Assembly: GCA_965261085.1 (NCBI GenBank)
Contig: OZ253442.1
Coordinates: 3,744,001 to 3,808,000 of the forward strand
Direction: 5' to 3'
From: a bacterium
Lineage (GTDB): Bacteria; UBA8248
DNA length: 64,000 bases
The position numbers and the translations under genes were made by a program. Positions 19,097 through 29,546 of the stretch are shown piece by piece. The stretch's first letter is position 1. Each line of letters opens with the position of its first letter. The notes beneath the pieces are model-generated. The model made no database searches and was not told where the DNA came from. It saw nothing but the letters and a program-made list of their open reading frames with translations.

Positions 19097-19534
19097 ATGG
19101 CATTCGGACTCAACCGCGCGGAACTGATCGGGCGTCTCGGCGCAGACGTCACCATCAACCACCTCACGAGCGGCGGCCGCGTCGCCAACATCTCTATCGC
19201 CACCGATGAGGGCTACGTCGACAAGCAGACAGGCGATCGGGTCGACAAGACCGAGTGGCACCGGGTCGTGACCTTCCAGCCCGGGCTGGTCGACATGTTC
19301 GAGAAACACGCGAAGAAGGGCCGTCTGGTCTACGTGGCGGGCAAGCTGCAGACCAGGCGCTGGAAGAAGGACGAGGAGGACTCCGAACGCTTCTCCACCG
19401 AGATCCTCCTGGCGCCGGGCGGGCGCGTACAGTTCCTCGACAAGGTGAACGGGAACGACAACGGCAACGGCGCGAACCCCGAGGCGGCGGTGGCGGCGTC
19501 CGCAGGTGTAGTAGGGGAAGACATTCCATTCTGA
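19097..19534 (+). CDS. ssb: Single-stranded DNA-binding protein (mobile-element type)
   Basis: LNRAELIGRLG, TEWHRVV, KGRLVYVAGKLQTRRW, acidic C-terminal EDIPF. Confidence 0.95.
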   Translation: MAFGLNRAELIGRLGADVTINHLTSGGRVANISIATDEGYVDKQTGDRVDKTEWHRVVTFQPGLVDMFEKHAKKGRLVYVAGKLQTRRWKKDEEDSERFSTEILLAPGGRVQFLDKVNGNDNGNGANPEAAVAASAGVVGEDIPF

Positions 19535-19543
19535 TCCCAACAC

Positions 19544-19574
19544 GGGCCGGCGCTTCGGCGCCGGCTCTTTTTTT
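19544..19574 (+). terminator. Intrinsic terminator after ssb
   Basis: GGGCCGGCGC-TTCG-GCGCCGGCTC followed by T7. Confidence 0.85.
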
Positions 19575-19599
19575 GCTCTCCATCCAGAGGAGGTCCGCC

Positions 19600-20604
19600 A
19601 TGCCCCAAACACCCTCTCCCGCGGCCGAAATCGCCGTGGCGCTCGCCTCGCGCGCCGAGGACGTCTGCCGCCGCTATCTGCCGCGGGGCAAAAAGCAGGG
19701 CCGCTACTGGGTTGCGGGTGATCTCGGTGGCGCGCCAGGACGCTCGCTCTTCGTCCGCCTCTACGGCCCGGGCCTGCCGGGCAAGTGGACCGACGCTGCC
19801 ACCGGAGAGCACGGCGACCTGCTCGACTTGATCCGCCGCCGAAGCGCCGCACCCACGCTCCGCGCGGCCATGGACGAAGCCCGCGCCTTCCTCGCACTGC
19901 CGGCTTCGCCGGCCCCGGGCGAGGGAGGGACGTACAACGCGACAGAAGCGGCGCGGCGCATCTGGCGGCGTTGCCGCACGGTCGACGCCGCCCCGGCCGA
20001 GGCCTATCTCCGCGCGCGGGGGATCACGCGGTACCGCTTCCCCTCCCTGCGCTTCCATCCGGCGCTCTTCCACCGGGAGGCCGACCGGCGTCTGCCCGCA
20101 CTGGTCGCCGCCGTGACCGACCCGGACGGCGCGCTTCACGGCGTACACCGCACCTGGATCGATCCCCGGACGTCCGCCAAGGCCGGCGTCCTCCCGTCCC
20201 GCAAGGCGCTCGGCAGCGTCTTCGGGCGCGCCGTGCGCTTCGGGGTTCCCGGCTCCACGCTCCTGGTCGGGGAGGGGGTCGAGACAGTGCTCTCGATCGT
20301 CACCGCCGCGCCCCGGGTCCCCGCGGCGGCAGCGCTATCCGCCGGGAGCCTCGGCGCCTTCGTCCCGCCCGAAGGGGTTTCTCGACTCATCATCGCACGG
20401 GACAACGACGCAGAGGGGGAACGAGCCGCAGAGCGTCTCGCCTGGCGCTGCGCCCGAGCCGGGTTAGCCACCCGCGTCATCGTCTCCGAACGCGGCGACT
20501 TCAACGACGACCTGCTCACCCTGGGGTCACGGCGACTCGGTCTCAGGCTCGCCGCCCTCCTCCCGCTGGTCGAGGAGACGACCACACGCGCCGGAGAGGG
20601 GTGA
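19600..20604 (+). CDS. Toprim-domain (primase-like) protein of ICE/plasmid backbones
   Basis: GKWTDAATGEHGDLLDLI, AEAYLRARG, VGEGVET, IARDND, GDFNDDL; GAGGAGG ribosome-binding site. Confidence 0.88.
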   Translation: MPQTPSPAAEIAVALASRAEDVCRRYLPRGKKQGRYWVAGDLGGAPGRSLFVRLYGPGLPGKWTDAATGEHGDLLDLIRRRSAAPTLRAAMDEARAFLALPASPAPGEGGTYNATEAARRIWRRCRTVDAAPAEAYLRARGITRYRFPSLRFHPALFHREADRRLPALVAAVTDPDGALHGVHRTWIDPRTSAKAGVLPSRKALGSVFGRAVRFGVPGSTLLVGEGVETVLSIVTAAPRVPAAAALSAGSLGAFVPPEGVSRLIIARDNDAEGERAAERLAWRCARAGLATRVIVSERGDFNDDLLTLGSRRLGLRLAALLPLVEETTTRAGEG

Positions 20605-20938
20605 ACACTTGAGATGGATGCGAGAGAGGCTCAACTGCTCCCATCTGTGGCATTAGCTCTTCCGTCGTGATGTCCCATCTTCCCACACGTGCTCGCTGCG
20701 CCAACCCCTGCGGGGTCCTCCTCTTCGTTCCGGCCATGGCTCGCAAGGCAGGAACCCCGTCGCGGTAAGAGCGCGGCCGTGGCTCCGCGCTCGCTTCGCT
20801 CGCTTGTGCGCCCGCACCACCCGCGCCCTCCCCGCGACGGGCCTTGCGGCCATGGTGGCTTTGCTGCGCGCGCGTGGATCGTATGGGAATCACGTTCGGA
20901 GACTGGCTCCGGCGTACTCATTCCACAAGGAGAGAATC

Positions 20939-21859
20939 ATGAACGACATCCACACCATCGAAACTCAGGAACAGTCCTTCACCGCCATGGTCTGCGAGCA
21001 GGCGGCGCTCTTCGGCGCTACACCGGGCCGCGACGAGTTCGACTCACGCGTCGTCTGGGACGAGAAGGAGGCCACCTCCGCCGTCATCAAGGCCTTCCAC
21101 GTACTCGCACAGGCCGCACCCGACGGGACGCAACTAGCGGATGAGCGCGCGAACCTCATGTGGGGCTTCGTCAACACCCTCGACGCACAGACACAGCGCC
21201 TCGACCGCGCAGCCGACAGGCTCATCCCCGGCATCCGCGAACTACAGCGCGAGCAGGACGGCTCCGAGATCCGCTCCCGCGAACTCGAACTCACCACCGA
21301 CCGCGCCCAGAATCTCTCCGACAGGCGTGACGCCTTCGAACAACTGAGAGACACGGCAGCCGAGGCCTACCGCACAGAGACCGGCGAGGTCTGGCGGCCT
21401 AGGCGAGGGTCACACGTCTCGCAGACCGGCAAGCTCACCTCGGCCATGGTCGACGCGCGCGACTTCCAGCGGGCGAGAAAGGACCGCGAGAACACCGCGC
21501 ACCTCCCCCAGGGAACACTCGTCGCCGTCGCAGGCGGCAAGGAGGCGAACGATGTGAGCGCCATCATCGGCCACCTCGACAAGCTCAAGGCCAAGTACAC
21601 AGACGTCGTTCTCGTCCACGGCGGCGGTCCGGGGGCGGAGAAGATAGCGGCAGGCTGGGCGGAGCGGAACGGCGTCCACCAGGTCGTCTGCAAGCCCGAC
21701 TGGGACGCTCACGGACGGGCCGCACCCTTCAGGCGTAACGACGACCTGCTCGCCCTCCTGCCCAAGGGCGTCATCGCGTTCCCAGGCTCGGGCATCACCG
21801 ACAACCTCGTCGACAAGGCCCGCAGCCTCGGCATCCCCGTCCAGCGCGTCGCCGCATAG
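20939..21859 (+). CDS. DUF2493/YspA-like SLOG domain protein
   Basis: VAVAGG, LVHGGGPGAEKIAAGWA, AAPFRRND, IAFPGSGITDNLVDKAR; AAGGAG ribosome-binding site. Confidence 0.88.
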   Translation: MNDIHTIETQEQSFTAMVCEQAALFGATPGRDEFDSRVVWDEKEATSAVIKAFHVLAQAAPDGTQLADERANLMWGFVNTLDAQTQRLDRAADRLIPGIRELQREQDGSEIRSRELELTTDRAQNLSDRRDAFEQLRDTAAEAYRTETGEVWRPRRGSHVSQTGKLTSAMVDARDFQRARKDRENTAHLPQGTLVAVAGGKEANDVSAIIGHLDKLKAKYTDVVLVHGGGPGAEKIAAGWAERNGVHQVVCKPDWDAHGRAAPFRRNDDLLALLPKGVIAFPGSGITDNLVDKARSLGIPVQRVAA

Positions 21860-21872
21860 GACACACGACTCG

Positions 21873-21918
21873 GCGGGTCGTGTCGCCACCCCGGCGGCGC
21901 GGCCCGTTCTTCTTCTTT
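21873..21918 (+). terminator. Probable terminator hairpin
   Basis: gcgggtcgtgtcgcc / ggcggcgcggcccgt stem with G-U pairs, followed by tcttcttcttt. Confidence 0.5.
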
Positions 21919-22302
21919 GCACACCCCGCCGCACCGCTGTACGGACCCTCGTACAGAACTCCCCGCAATGGCGTCGGCCCCACTGTACGGACCTCCGTCA
22001 CACCGCTCGACACTTTGCTCCGCACCCGCGTCGGCCCCGCTGTACGAACTGCCGTACACACCTCCCCGCATTGCTCCGTCGCTTCCGTCCGCTCAGTCGC
22101 CGCGGCGGCTCCCGCCAGTCTCTCTCACCGGCTTCGATTCCCCCATCGTTCGTTCCTCAAATTCGGTCCTTTTGACGCCCTTCGGCGGCTCCTGTTTTCA
22201 CACCCCACGCATCTGAAGATGCTTGCTCCCCATGCGCGCGCCTGGCATGCAGCGTTCTGCGCCAACGACGACAAAGACCGCCCGCCTGTTGTTGGATCGA
22301 GC

Positions 22303-22418
22303 GTATGCTCTGAGCATACATCTGTATCCCATTGAAATCCCTGGGTTCCGCTCCGGGCGTATGCTCATGGCATACACTGAAAACAGGCTATTTCCTGCAA
22401 TGTATGCTATGAGCATAC
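22303..22418. repeat. Three 17-bp palindromes GTATGC-N5-GCATAC (22303-22319, 22359-22375, 22402-22418)
   Basis: gtatgctctgagcatac, gtatgctcatggcatac, gtatgctatgagcatac. Confidence 0.85.
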
Positions 22419-22579
22419 GCGACAGGCCTGCGCTGCGATATGATAGCTACCAGTTTAGTAGTCCGGTCTCAGGGGTCATTCGGAGGCCTTCGAGGTTCGA
22501 GACGGGTGTGCTCGGTGATAGGAAACAAGAATTATCCGATCATTTTGGGACCGGAGTCGATGAAAATATTCACGAATGA

Positions 22580-22897
22580 ATGACGAAACGAATGCTGCAG
22601 ACGACACAAAAGAACATCAGAGTCACGCCGAAACAGTGGAAACGCGTCTAACAAGAGGCCGAAATAAGGAGTGTTTCAGCGAACAAACTCGTGGTCGAAC
22701 TCACGATGGAGGCCCTGGAGCGCCGAGAATGGCCGCACACCGAAGCGAAAATCCACCTGTTGCGCTCCGCGATGTTCGCCGCCCAGGCCATCATCCGCGA
22801 CATGGAGAAGGCAGGACGCGAGGAGGAGATTCAGCAAATCAGCAGGAATATCTCCGAAGTCGCACCTGAATTGCCGGTCCAATCGGCACGGGATTGA
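22580..22897 (+). pseudogene. Ribbon-helix-helix-like protein with an internal stop
   Basis: QKNIRVTPKQWKRV*QEAEIRSVSANKLVVELTMEAL; TAA at 22649-22651 is in frame with the downstream 68-aa ORF. Confidence 0.55.
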
Positions 22898-23237
22898 GCC
22901 GGACTCGAGATATTTTGCGAGTGGTGCGGGGGAAGTTTCTGATGAGAATGGTCGTGTATCCGACGAACAAGCAACTTCAAACGTTCGGGTTCTAGGCGAG
23001 AACAAGTATCCTCCCATCGACTTGCAGGGCTTCGATGGGCTTGCGCCGACATTGGGACTTTCCGATATCCGAGCGGCCCGGGGAGGGATCCGGCATGTAA
23101 CATCCGGATGGACCACTTCAATGGGGCCGGCTCAGTCGGCCAAGCACGAGACAAAAAAAGGAAAGTGACACCGCTACATCGTCATGGAAAGACACGGCCG
23201 TGTGCGCTTGCGCGTTCACGTGTACCCGAACTCATAT

Positions 23238-26200
23238 TCATTTCTTCCCGGAAATTCGTTCTGGCTTATCGAATTCAGCACGCAACTTTCGTAACTCACC
23301 TTCAAGTTCGTCCTCTTTTGGGATTCCCATTGTAGGAAGAATTGCGAGCATCAGATCAACCGCTGCAATTGTCTCTGGCGAACCGCTTGCATCGCAAGCA
23401 TTAGCAATAGTTTCTTCGTGAATAGTCGGGTTCTTTAGGAGAAAGCGCTGGTTGTTCCATACAAAAGACCAATTTTTACGCAACCAGTTGAACGCTGGTT
23501 TGGCAATCTTTCTAGTTCTTGTTACCTGCTTCGCCACTAGAAAAACTTTAAAAACAACCTCAAATAACTGACTTGGCGACAAGGCCCCTTCCTCATCTCC
23601 AGCACTTTTAAGTATGGCCAATAGAAAGGCGAGCGAAGAATTGAAATCACTCTTACTCCCTGTCCCCCTCATCGCAGCTTGAAACCCAGTTCCTACCACA
23701 AAGCCACTACATTCAGTCATTTGGGCATTCAGTTCATCCAGTTTCTGGGTATTCTCTGTAAAAATACACGTGGAGGCGAAGAAAAGGATAAACATTTCGG
23801 CCAGTTCAGCATGGTCAGCCTGCTGATCGCGTGTCGGGGATGGCGGCAAGGCAAATGTAACGTTCTCAAGATTCAATCTGACGCGATTGCCATCCACTCC
23901 CTTCATGTACGCATACTGTGCCACAATTTCTTGTAAGGTAGAATAAAAGAGGGATACATCTAAATGGCGAAGAGCCTTGTTCATTATTGATTGTGTCAAA
24001 AGGATTTGACCCTCAAACACTGGCCCGCTTGGCAAGAATTGATCTAATTTCCGTGTTATGCCCAAATCCAAGTTGCAATTATTTTCAATAGTTGCCAGCA
24101 CGTACCAAGCAATCTCAATAGGTACGATATTCTTTTCGCCTATCTTGGGATGAGGCTCAGGGTTGCTTACTACCCCTGGATATATTTTCATTTCTTCGCC
24201 ATCGGCAAAGAGACCCTTCTCACCTGTGGCCTCTTGATCAAGCCACCCTAGAACATGGCGACAGGTTGAATGGCAGTGCGCGGCTCTGAGAGAGCTTGCC
24301 GGGTCAAGTTTGTTTAGTTCATGCAGCACACATACAAATTCTTGCAGGCAGGTAGTTTTGTCCTCATCATGCCAACTCGCTATGGCAGCATCAGCCATTA
24401 AACCAACGCGCATCGGAAACATGTCTGAAATATCGCATTCTGCTGAAGAGGTGCTTCCGTATAGATAATAGCGCCTTGCCGTTTTATAATCGCCCTGCTT
24501 TTCGGCACTGATCGCAGCGTCGCGTCCAAGGAATGCTCTCTCTGTCATGCTGAGGGGCGCATTTCCGTCAATCAATTGTTTTGACAATTCTAGGCTGCGT
24601 TTATGGTCATCAGCGCGATATAATACTTTGGCTTTTGCTCTCACTAGTTCGGAATTGGTTCGGCCGTATTTTGTTAAACCTCGGTCAAGTATCGAGATGG
24701 CGCGATCCTTTTCCCCTCCGTATTCATCGATGATGATCGCTTGGAATTTCGTGCAGCAAACGGCGAGGTCAATATATCCCCACCGGTTCGCAATACTTTC
24801 CAGACGGGAAAAAATTTCGGAGTGGGCGGTGGGGTCTATCGTGTTAGCGTCATGCTCTCTAAGCCAGGCTCCGCTTACAAGCATATCGACATCAAATTCC
24901 GGTCTTGAATATGGTGCAAGTAACTTCAAACGCAAGGCTTTATCGCAATTGTCCAAAAACTCAAAGACCACTAACAACTCTTCTATTTTTTGCAGTTGCC
25001 GCGCTTGGTTCGTGAACATAAGGCCTACGATTGGCACCCCGTTGGCTTCCTGCATACTGATTTCGTTTTTTAGTTCGTCTGGGAAATTTTTGTCTCGGTT
25101 CTCCAGGAGGTTGTCTAACTCAGTTACAATCTCCCAGAAATTCGGAATATTTCCAAATTTTGGCGTCGATAAGAGCAGTTTCGAGTAGATCAGAAAACAT
25201 ACGGAAGCGCGCATCACATCATCTTCAATACACCGGCTCTCAAGTGCAAAGGACTCCAGAACCTTCTGGAATTTTTTCTGTCTTTGCTCTTCGTGGCATA
25301 GCAAGAGAAGTTGTGCTCCGCGCAGCATCTGGCTGACATATGCGTTTTCCTCATAGGCAGGCACATCAGTTCTCAACAGTGAAAATATCAGGAGATGGGG
25401 TGTGATCATCTTAAGATCATCATGGTCCGCCCCAATGACGGACATGCAAAGTTTAATGATTGCCATTGCATTTTTCCCCGTCTTTGCAGCTATAAGTGCG
25501 GAATTAGCTTCGTAGGGGTCCAAGCAGTTATCCTTGAGTAATGAATTCGCAATCTCGAAGTTAATATTGGTTTTTTGATCTTCTGTGAGAGTGGAAGTTG
25601 CGTAGTTTAACAATAGTTGAGAAAGGGAAAATCGATCACTCTCCTGCTGATCGACCCAAGAGCCCATCAGCTTGTCAAATACGATGCCGGGATCCGCTAT
25701 AGGCGGTTCAATTTGAGCTATGTCCAATACGAAATTACGCCGAAAGCTCCCCGTTTTGAGCGAAAGGCGTTCCAATAACCTTCGAGCAGATTCAGGTAAT
25801 TCGTTTAGGAGACGTTCTCTAGATATTTGTCGAACAGCATCAATTTCTTTGTTGCCGTATAGCAGGGATTGCAATGAGCGAATTTCGTCAACATTCCAAC
25901 CATTGCTTTGCATGCTTTGAATCGCGGCAACGGCAAGTTGCGGATGCCCTCCGCCAGATATCAAGTGAATGTACTTTGCCCAGTGCGAGTCATGAATATT
26001 TAGTTTGGAAAGAATTTCATTTATGTCGGCTTCAGAAAAATCTCCAAATTTGTGTGCAATTGCGGTCGGAAGCCTCGCTGAAAAAAGGAAATCGGAACCT
26101 GGGGCTCTGGGGGAGGTGATGAGCAGGTGCAGACCTGTACGCTCACCCATTGCACGCAAGTAAAGAAGATTTTCAACAACACCGGGAGCGAAAGAGCATT

Positions 26201-27332
26201 CAAGGTCATCAATGAGGAAACCGTCAAAAACTTGCTCAACGATTGCATCGGCAACTGTGACTAGCACTTGTTGCACTTGGTCAGAATCGAGACCTCTCAA
26301 GTTGATGCAAACCCAGTTTCCTCCGAGTTGCCGGGCAACTATCTTTGCGCCTACGGTTTTTCCAACGCCCGCAGCACCGAAAAGCCATGCGACTCCAGAC
26401 TTCGAAAGGGAGGAAACGACATCGTGCACTAGGTCAACACGACTGGCGACTGCTGAGGGCAAGGGCACCTCGTTGATTGGGCGCGGCATGGAAATGCTTG
26501 TAGCGGTCAATGTTGAAGCTTCGGGCATGGAAGCGGCAAGAGCTTTGTTAATGAGCTTGCTCTGCTCCTCAAACTCGAAGCGGTTGACAGAGATGTTGGT
26601 AAAGTGCTCGATGATATTATCTAACATGTGACTGTCAACGTAACGATCACCCGGCTTTGTTGCCGTCTGGAGCAGGAAAAGGGAGATTTTGGCCAAGCAG
26701 TCTTCAACTTGAGATGATACTCCTCCACGCGCAATCAATAGTTTCGATATACGTGAGAGCAATTGGCGCTCCAAAAACTTCGTTTCAAGAGCACCGCAGT
26801 CAAAGTGAATTTTTTGCAAAAGTTCTTTTCTGAAATCTTCATCGTTCAATTCTCGAATGAAGTCCTTGGTTCGTTTCGAGAGTTTTGAAGATTCAAGGAC
26901 GTTTCTGAGTGGCGACACATCCCCGATTCGCGCTAGTTTCCTCCATGCTTCTAGTGTCGGAAATTTTCCGACCCGATGCTCTGCGGACTTCTCTTTACCA
27001 ATTTTGGATGTCGTCAGATGGCGTAGCCGGACTTTGAGGTCTGGGTTCTTCATTCTGAGAACAACATAGCTATCGATGCTGGTAATAATGTCATGAGAAT
27101 TGATTGTTACATTTTGAGCGGTTTCCTTGACTTGGACAGCATTCAAAGCATTCTGGGCTACTTTGGCGTAGTCTTCTGCAACCTCCAGGAAGAGAAATTC
27201 TTCGGATTCTAGCTCAAGCCAAGCCAATACGGAGTGATAAATTTGATATATGTAACCGCGTAAAGCGTGGACTGCCTCACGAGATGTATCACCGCATGGA
27301 GATAGACTTTCTTTTTTTCTGCTCGAAAACAT
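23238..27332 (-). CDS. Cap4-like PD-(D/E)xK nuclease + STAND NTPase + TPR-like repeats (Avs3-like architecture)
   Basis: AVHALRGYIYQ...LEVAED...VQVKET nuclease motif; Walker A GAAGVGKT; Walker B LIDDLE; SGGGHPQL; helical C-terminus. Confidence 0.78.
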   Translation of the reverse strand: MFSSRKKESLSPCGDTSREAVHALRGYIYQIYHSVLAWLELESEEFLFLEVAEDYAKVAQNALNAVQVKETAQNVTINSHDIITSIDSYVVLRMKNPDLKVRLRHLTTSKIGKEKSAEHRVGKFPTLEAWRKLARIGDVSPLRNVLESSKLSKRTKDFIRELNDEDFRKELLQKIHFDCGALETKFLERQLLSRISKLLIARGGVSSQVEDCLAKISLFLLQTATKPGDRYVDSHMLDNIIEHFTNISVNRFEFEEQSKLINKALAASMPEASTLTATSISMPRPINEVPLPSAVASRVDLVHDVVSSLSKSGVAWLFGAAGVGKTVGAKIVARQLGGNWVCINLRGLDSDQVQQVLVTVADAIVEQVFDGFLIDDLECSFAPGVVENLLYLRAMGERTGLHLLITSPRAPGSDFLFSARLPTAIAHKFGDFSEADINEILSKLNIHDSHWAKYIHLISGGGHPQLAVAAIQSMQSNGWNVDEIRSLQSLLYGNKEIDAVRQISRERLLNELPESARRLLERLSLKTGSFRRNFVLDIAQIEPPIADPGIVFDKLMGSWVDQQESDRFSLSQLLLNYATSTLTEDQKTNINFEIANSLLKDNCLDPYEANSALIAAKTGKNAMAIIKLCMSVIGADHDDLKMITPHLLIFSLLRTDVPAYEENAYVSQMLRGAQLLLLCHEEQRQKKFQKVLESFALESRCIEDDVMRASVCFLIYSKLLLSTPKFGNIPNFWEIVTELDNLLENRDKNFPDELKNEISMQEANGVPIVGLMFTNQARQLQKIEELLVVFEFLDNCDKALRLKLLAPYSRPEFDVDMLVSGAWLREHDANTIDPTAHSEIFSRLESIANRWGYIDLAVCCTKFQAIIIDEYGGEKDRAISILDRGLTKYGRTNSELVRAKAKVLYRADDHKRSLELSKQLIDGNAPLSMTERAFLGRDAAISAEKQGDYKTARRYYLYGSTSSAECDISDMFPMRVGLMADAAIASWHDEDKTTCLQEFVCVLHELNKLDPASSLRAAHCHSTCRHVLGWLDQEATGEKGLFADGEEMKIYPGVVSNPEPHPKIGEKNIVPIEIAWYVLATIENNCNLDLGITRKLDQFLPSGPVFEGQILLTQSIMNKALRHLDVSLFYSTLQEIVAQYAYMKGVDGNRVRLNLENVTFALPPSPTRDQQADHAELAEMFILFFASTCIFTENTQKLDELNAQMTECSGFVVGTGFQAAMRGTGSKSDFNSSLAFLLAILKSAGDEEGALSPSQLFEVVFKVFLVAKQVTRTRKIAKPAFNWLRKNWSFVWNNQRFLLKNPTIHEETIANACDASGSPETIAAVDLMLAILPTMGIPKEDELEGELRKLRAEFDKPERISGKK

Positions 27333-27440
27333 GTTGGTAATGTCCTAATGTTACTGGAAAATTGAGGAGGGGCGTATCTTCGGCAGAGGAATCACGAAAC
27401 CGTGCCAGTGGGCGATGGCACCAAAACGAGGAGGCACCCC

Positions 27441-27790
27441 ATAAAGAGAGATTACAGGCATCGATGTGCACTCGCCAAGCCCTATCCGCTCTGATAGAAG
27501 ATCCCCGATACGCGAACCGACCTAATCAAACTGGCCACGCTACTCACCGTCGAAGAAGTACTCGAAGCGGAATGCCGTGACGCTCTGGGCCGGTAATAAT
27601 ACGAGCACAGAGTGAAGCCAAGCCAGAGCAATCGGAACGGCTACCGTCGGGGTCGTCTCAAGACGGCGGAAGGGTTCATCTAATACGCGGCCCCTCAGAT
27701 TGTGGGCCGAGAAGAAGCGTTCTGCTCGACGATCCGGGACAACCTCAAGGGGCGCACCGAGGCTCTTGAGAGGTTGTCGGTAGAGCGCCG
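27441..27790 (+). pseudogene. IS256-family transposase N-terminal remnant
   Basis: LIKLATLLTVEEVLEAECRDALGR**YEH...RNGYRRGRLKTAEG; several stops. Confidence 0.75.
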
Positions 27791-27882
27791 GTCAACCACC
27801 GCCAGGCAGTGCGCACCACGAAACTCTAGGAGCGGTTGTTCGTCGAAGAGCGAGGTTTCAGTCCGTCAATTTTCATATGAGA

Positions 27883-28926
27883 TCAGACTCGATTGATTTC
27901 TGATTCAGCTTTTTGAAGCTGTTCCATAATCCACGCGAAATCAGGAACACTCCCAAGAATCATGCCCTGCATGGCCCTGTAATCTCTTTCGATCAATGAG
28001 CGCAGTTCCGGTTGCGGCATCAACCGTACCGAGCCAGGGACAGCTTTCTCGAACTGCTTCCAGGCTTGGCGAAAAGCTATGAGGTTATGCTCTCGGACCG
28101 CATCCAGTAGATTGTTGTTCGAGAGAGCTGACCTGCCGGATTCAGTAGCCGTCATCATTGCGACATCGTAGTAATGGCGCGATATCAAGTCCCTGTCAGA
28201 CGGCAGACGCCCTTCATCTTCATATCCGTAGTACAGGCCATGCAGGATCAGCAGCTTCTCCCAATAAGTGCGCTCCGGGGCGAGGGTCCTGATGCCCTCC
28301 ACGCCAAAAGACCAGTCGAGCAGTTCGTCGGAGATGTAAGGGCTGACGGTGCATGTCAAGTTCGGGTCCAGCGCGGATCTCGCTCCCGCCTCGATCTTCA
28401 CGCGCGGGGACACGTAGGAAACATCTCTGCTCGCGTACAGGGTGGGATATTCTATAAAGAGTGTCTGCCGGCTGTTGTCATCCTCATCCGGTAGAACGCT
28501 GCACCCCTCCACCATCTCGTCAATCGACCTAGTTAATGCTGTTTTCAAATCTCCCAAAATGTATTCGCTGCAAGCCTTTGTGAGTTCTCTAAAGAGGACG
28601 CTGCGTCTCTTGTTGGAGATATCCGTTGCAATCGTCGGGTCCCCGTCCCCTTCGAAGCCTAGGCCATCGCGATAGACGACTAAGTCGATGTCCTCGGAGA
28701 ACCGCTCAATGAGACCGAAGGCCTTGGAGAGGGATGTTCCTCCCTTGAAAAGCAGCTTTGGATGCCTGTCAGGCAGCCCGCTGTAAAGAGCATTGAGAAC
28801 GTAACAGACCCAGAAGTCCTTTTCCACGTAACCGGGGAGTGTGCCGAGACGACTTGCCGACGCTTCGAACACGTCGCTTTTGTCCTGCTCTGACAGGACG
28901 AAAAAGGATGTGAATGCTTCATTCAT
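27883..28926 (-). CDS. abiEii: AbiEii/AbiGii nucleotidyltransferase toxin (type IV TA)
   Basis: VEKDFWV, FKGGTSLSKAFGLIERFSEDIDL, ERTYWEKL, SRHYYD. Confidence 0.92.
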   Translation of the reverse strand: MNEAFTSFFVLSEQDKSDVFEASASRLGTLPGYVEKDFWVCYVLNALYSGLPDRHPKLLFKGGTSLSKAFGLIERFSEDIDLVVYRDGLGFEGDGDPTIATDISNKRRSVLFRELTKACSEYILGDLKTALTRSIDEMVEGCSVLPDEDDNSRQTLFIEYPTLYASRDVSYVSPRVKIEAGARSALDPNLTCTVSPYISDELLDWSFGVEGIRTLAPERTYWEKLLILHGLYYGYEDEGRLPSDRDLISRHYYDVAMMTATESGRSALSNNNLLDAVREHNLIAFRQAWKQFEKAVPGSVRLMPQPELRSLIERDYRAMQGMILGSVPDFAWIMEQLQKAESEINRV

Positions 28927-29546
28927 GAAGAGAGAGTCTCGTCAGTCATAATACTGTTCACCAACGGCAGCGCCCAGCCGGGTAGGTCGCGACTGTTTTG
29001 GGCCAGGTCGCGCTTTACCGCGTCGGGGAGGCGGCGCTTCAGAATCGAGTCGACGCGGGCGTCCGAGGCGGCCCCAGGGCCAAGCCAACGGAGCGCCTGA
29101 ACGACCGGGGCCGCGGCTTTTCCCGCCCAGCGCATGACACTTGGACTCGCATGTCGGAACTGGAGAGTTCGCCCGTCGATCTCGATTGATCGAGAGACGC
29201 CATCCGTCACAAAACACGGCTTGGCGGGGACTGCGTTAGTGAGACCTAGCTGGTTGGCGGCCACCATGCCATCAGGCATAATTTGGATGCCGTCTCTCCG
29301 TACGATTGCTGCGATTGCGGCATCCAGGTCGACTGACGCGGGCCGCTTCAGCACACCGCTCATCCTCGGCTTGTCATATAAGCCACGACCGAACCGGCGC
29401 AGTCGGCCTGCCTTGACGAGACGCGACAAGGCTTGGTCAACGGCCTCACGGCTTCCGATATCCAGGAAATCCCTCGGCGTGCACACCCATCTCCTGCTAG
29501 CGTTTTCGGATATCCTGTCCATGATTTTATCGGCAATGGAACTCAT
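28923..29546 (-). CDS. abiEi: AbiEi-type (DUF6088) antitoxin/transcriptional regulator
   Basis: DFLDIGSREAVDQALSRL...GRGLYD winged HTH, AANQLGLTNAVP; ATGA overlap with the toxin gene. Confidence 0.88.
   Translation of the reverse strand: MSSIADKIMDRISENASRRWVCTPRDFLDIGSREAVDQALSRLVKAGRLRRFGRGLYDKPRMSGVLKRPASVDLDAAIAAIVRRDGIQIMPDGMVAANQLGLTNAVPAKPCFVTDGVSRSIEIDGRTLQFRHASPSVMRWAGKAAAPVVQALRWLGPGAASDARVDSILKRRLPDAVKRDLAQNSRDLPGWALPLVNSIMTDETLSS

Noticed and set aside
23109-23134. Solo IS3-like terminal repeat (a similar scar at about 11735-11790)
   Set aside because: Resemblance only; no transposase or partner end
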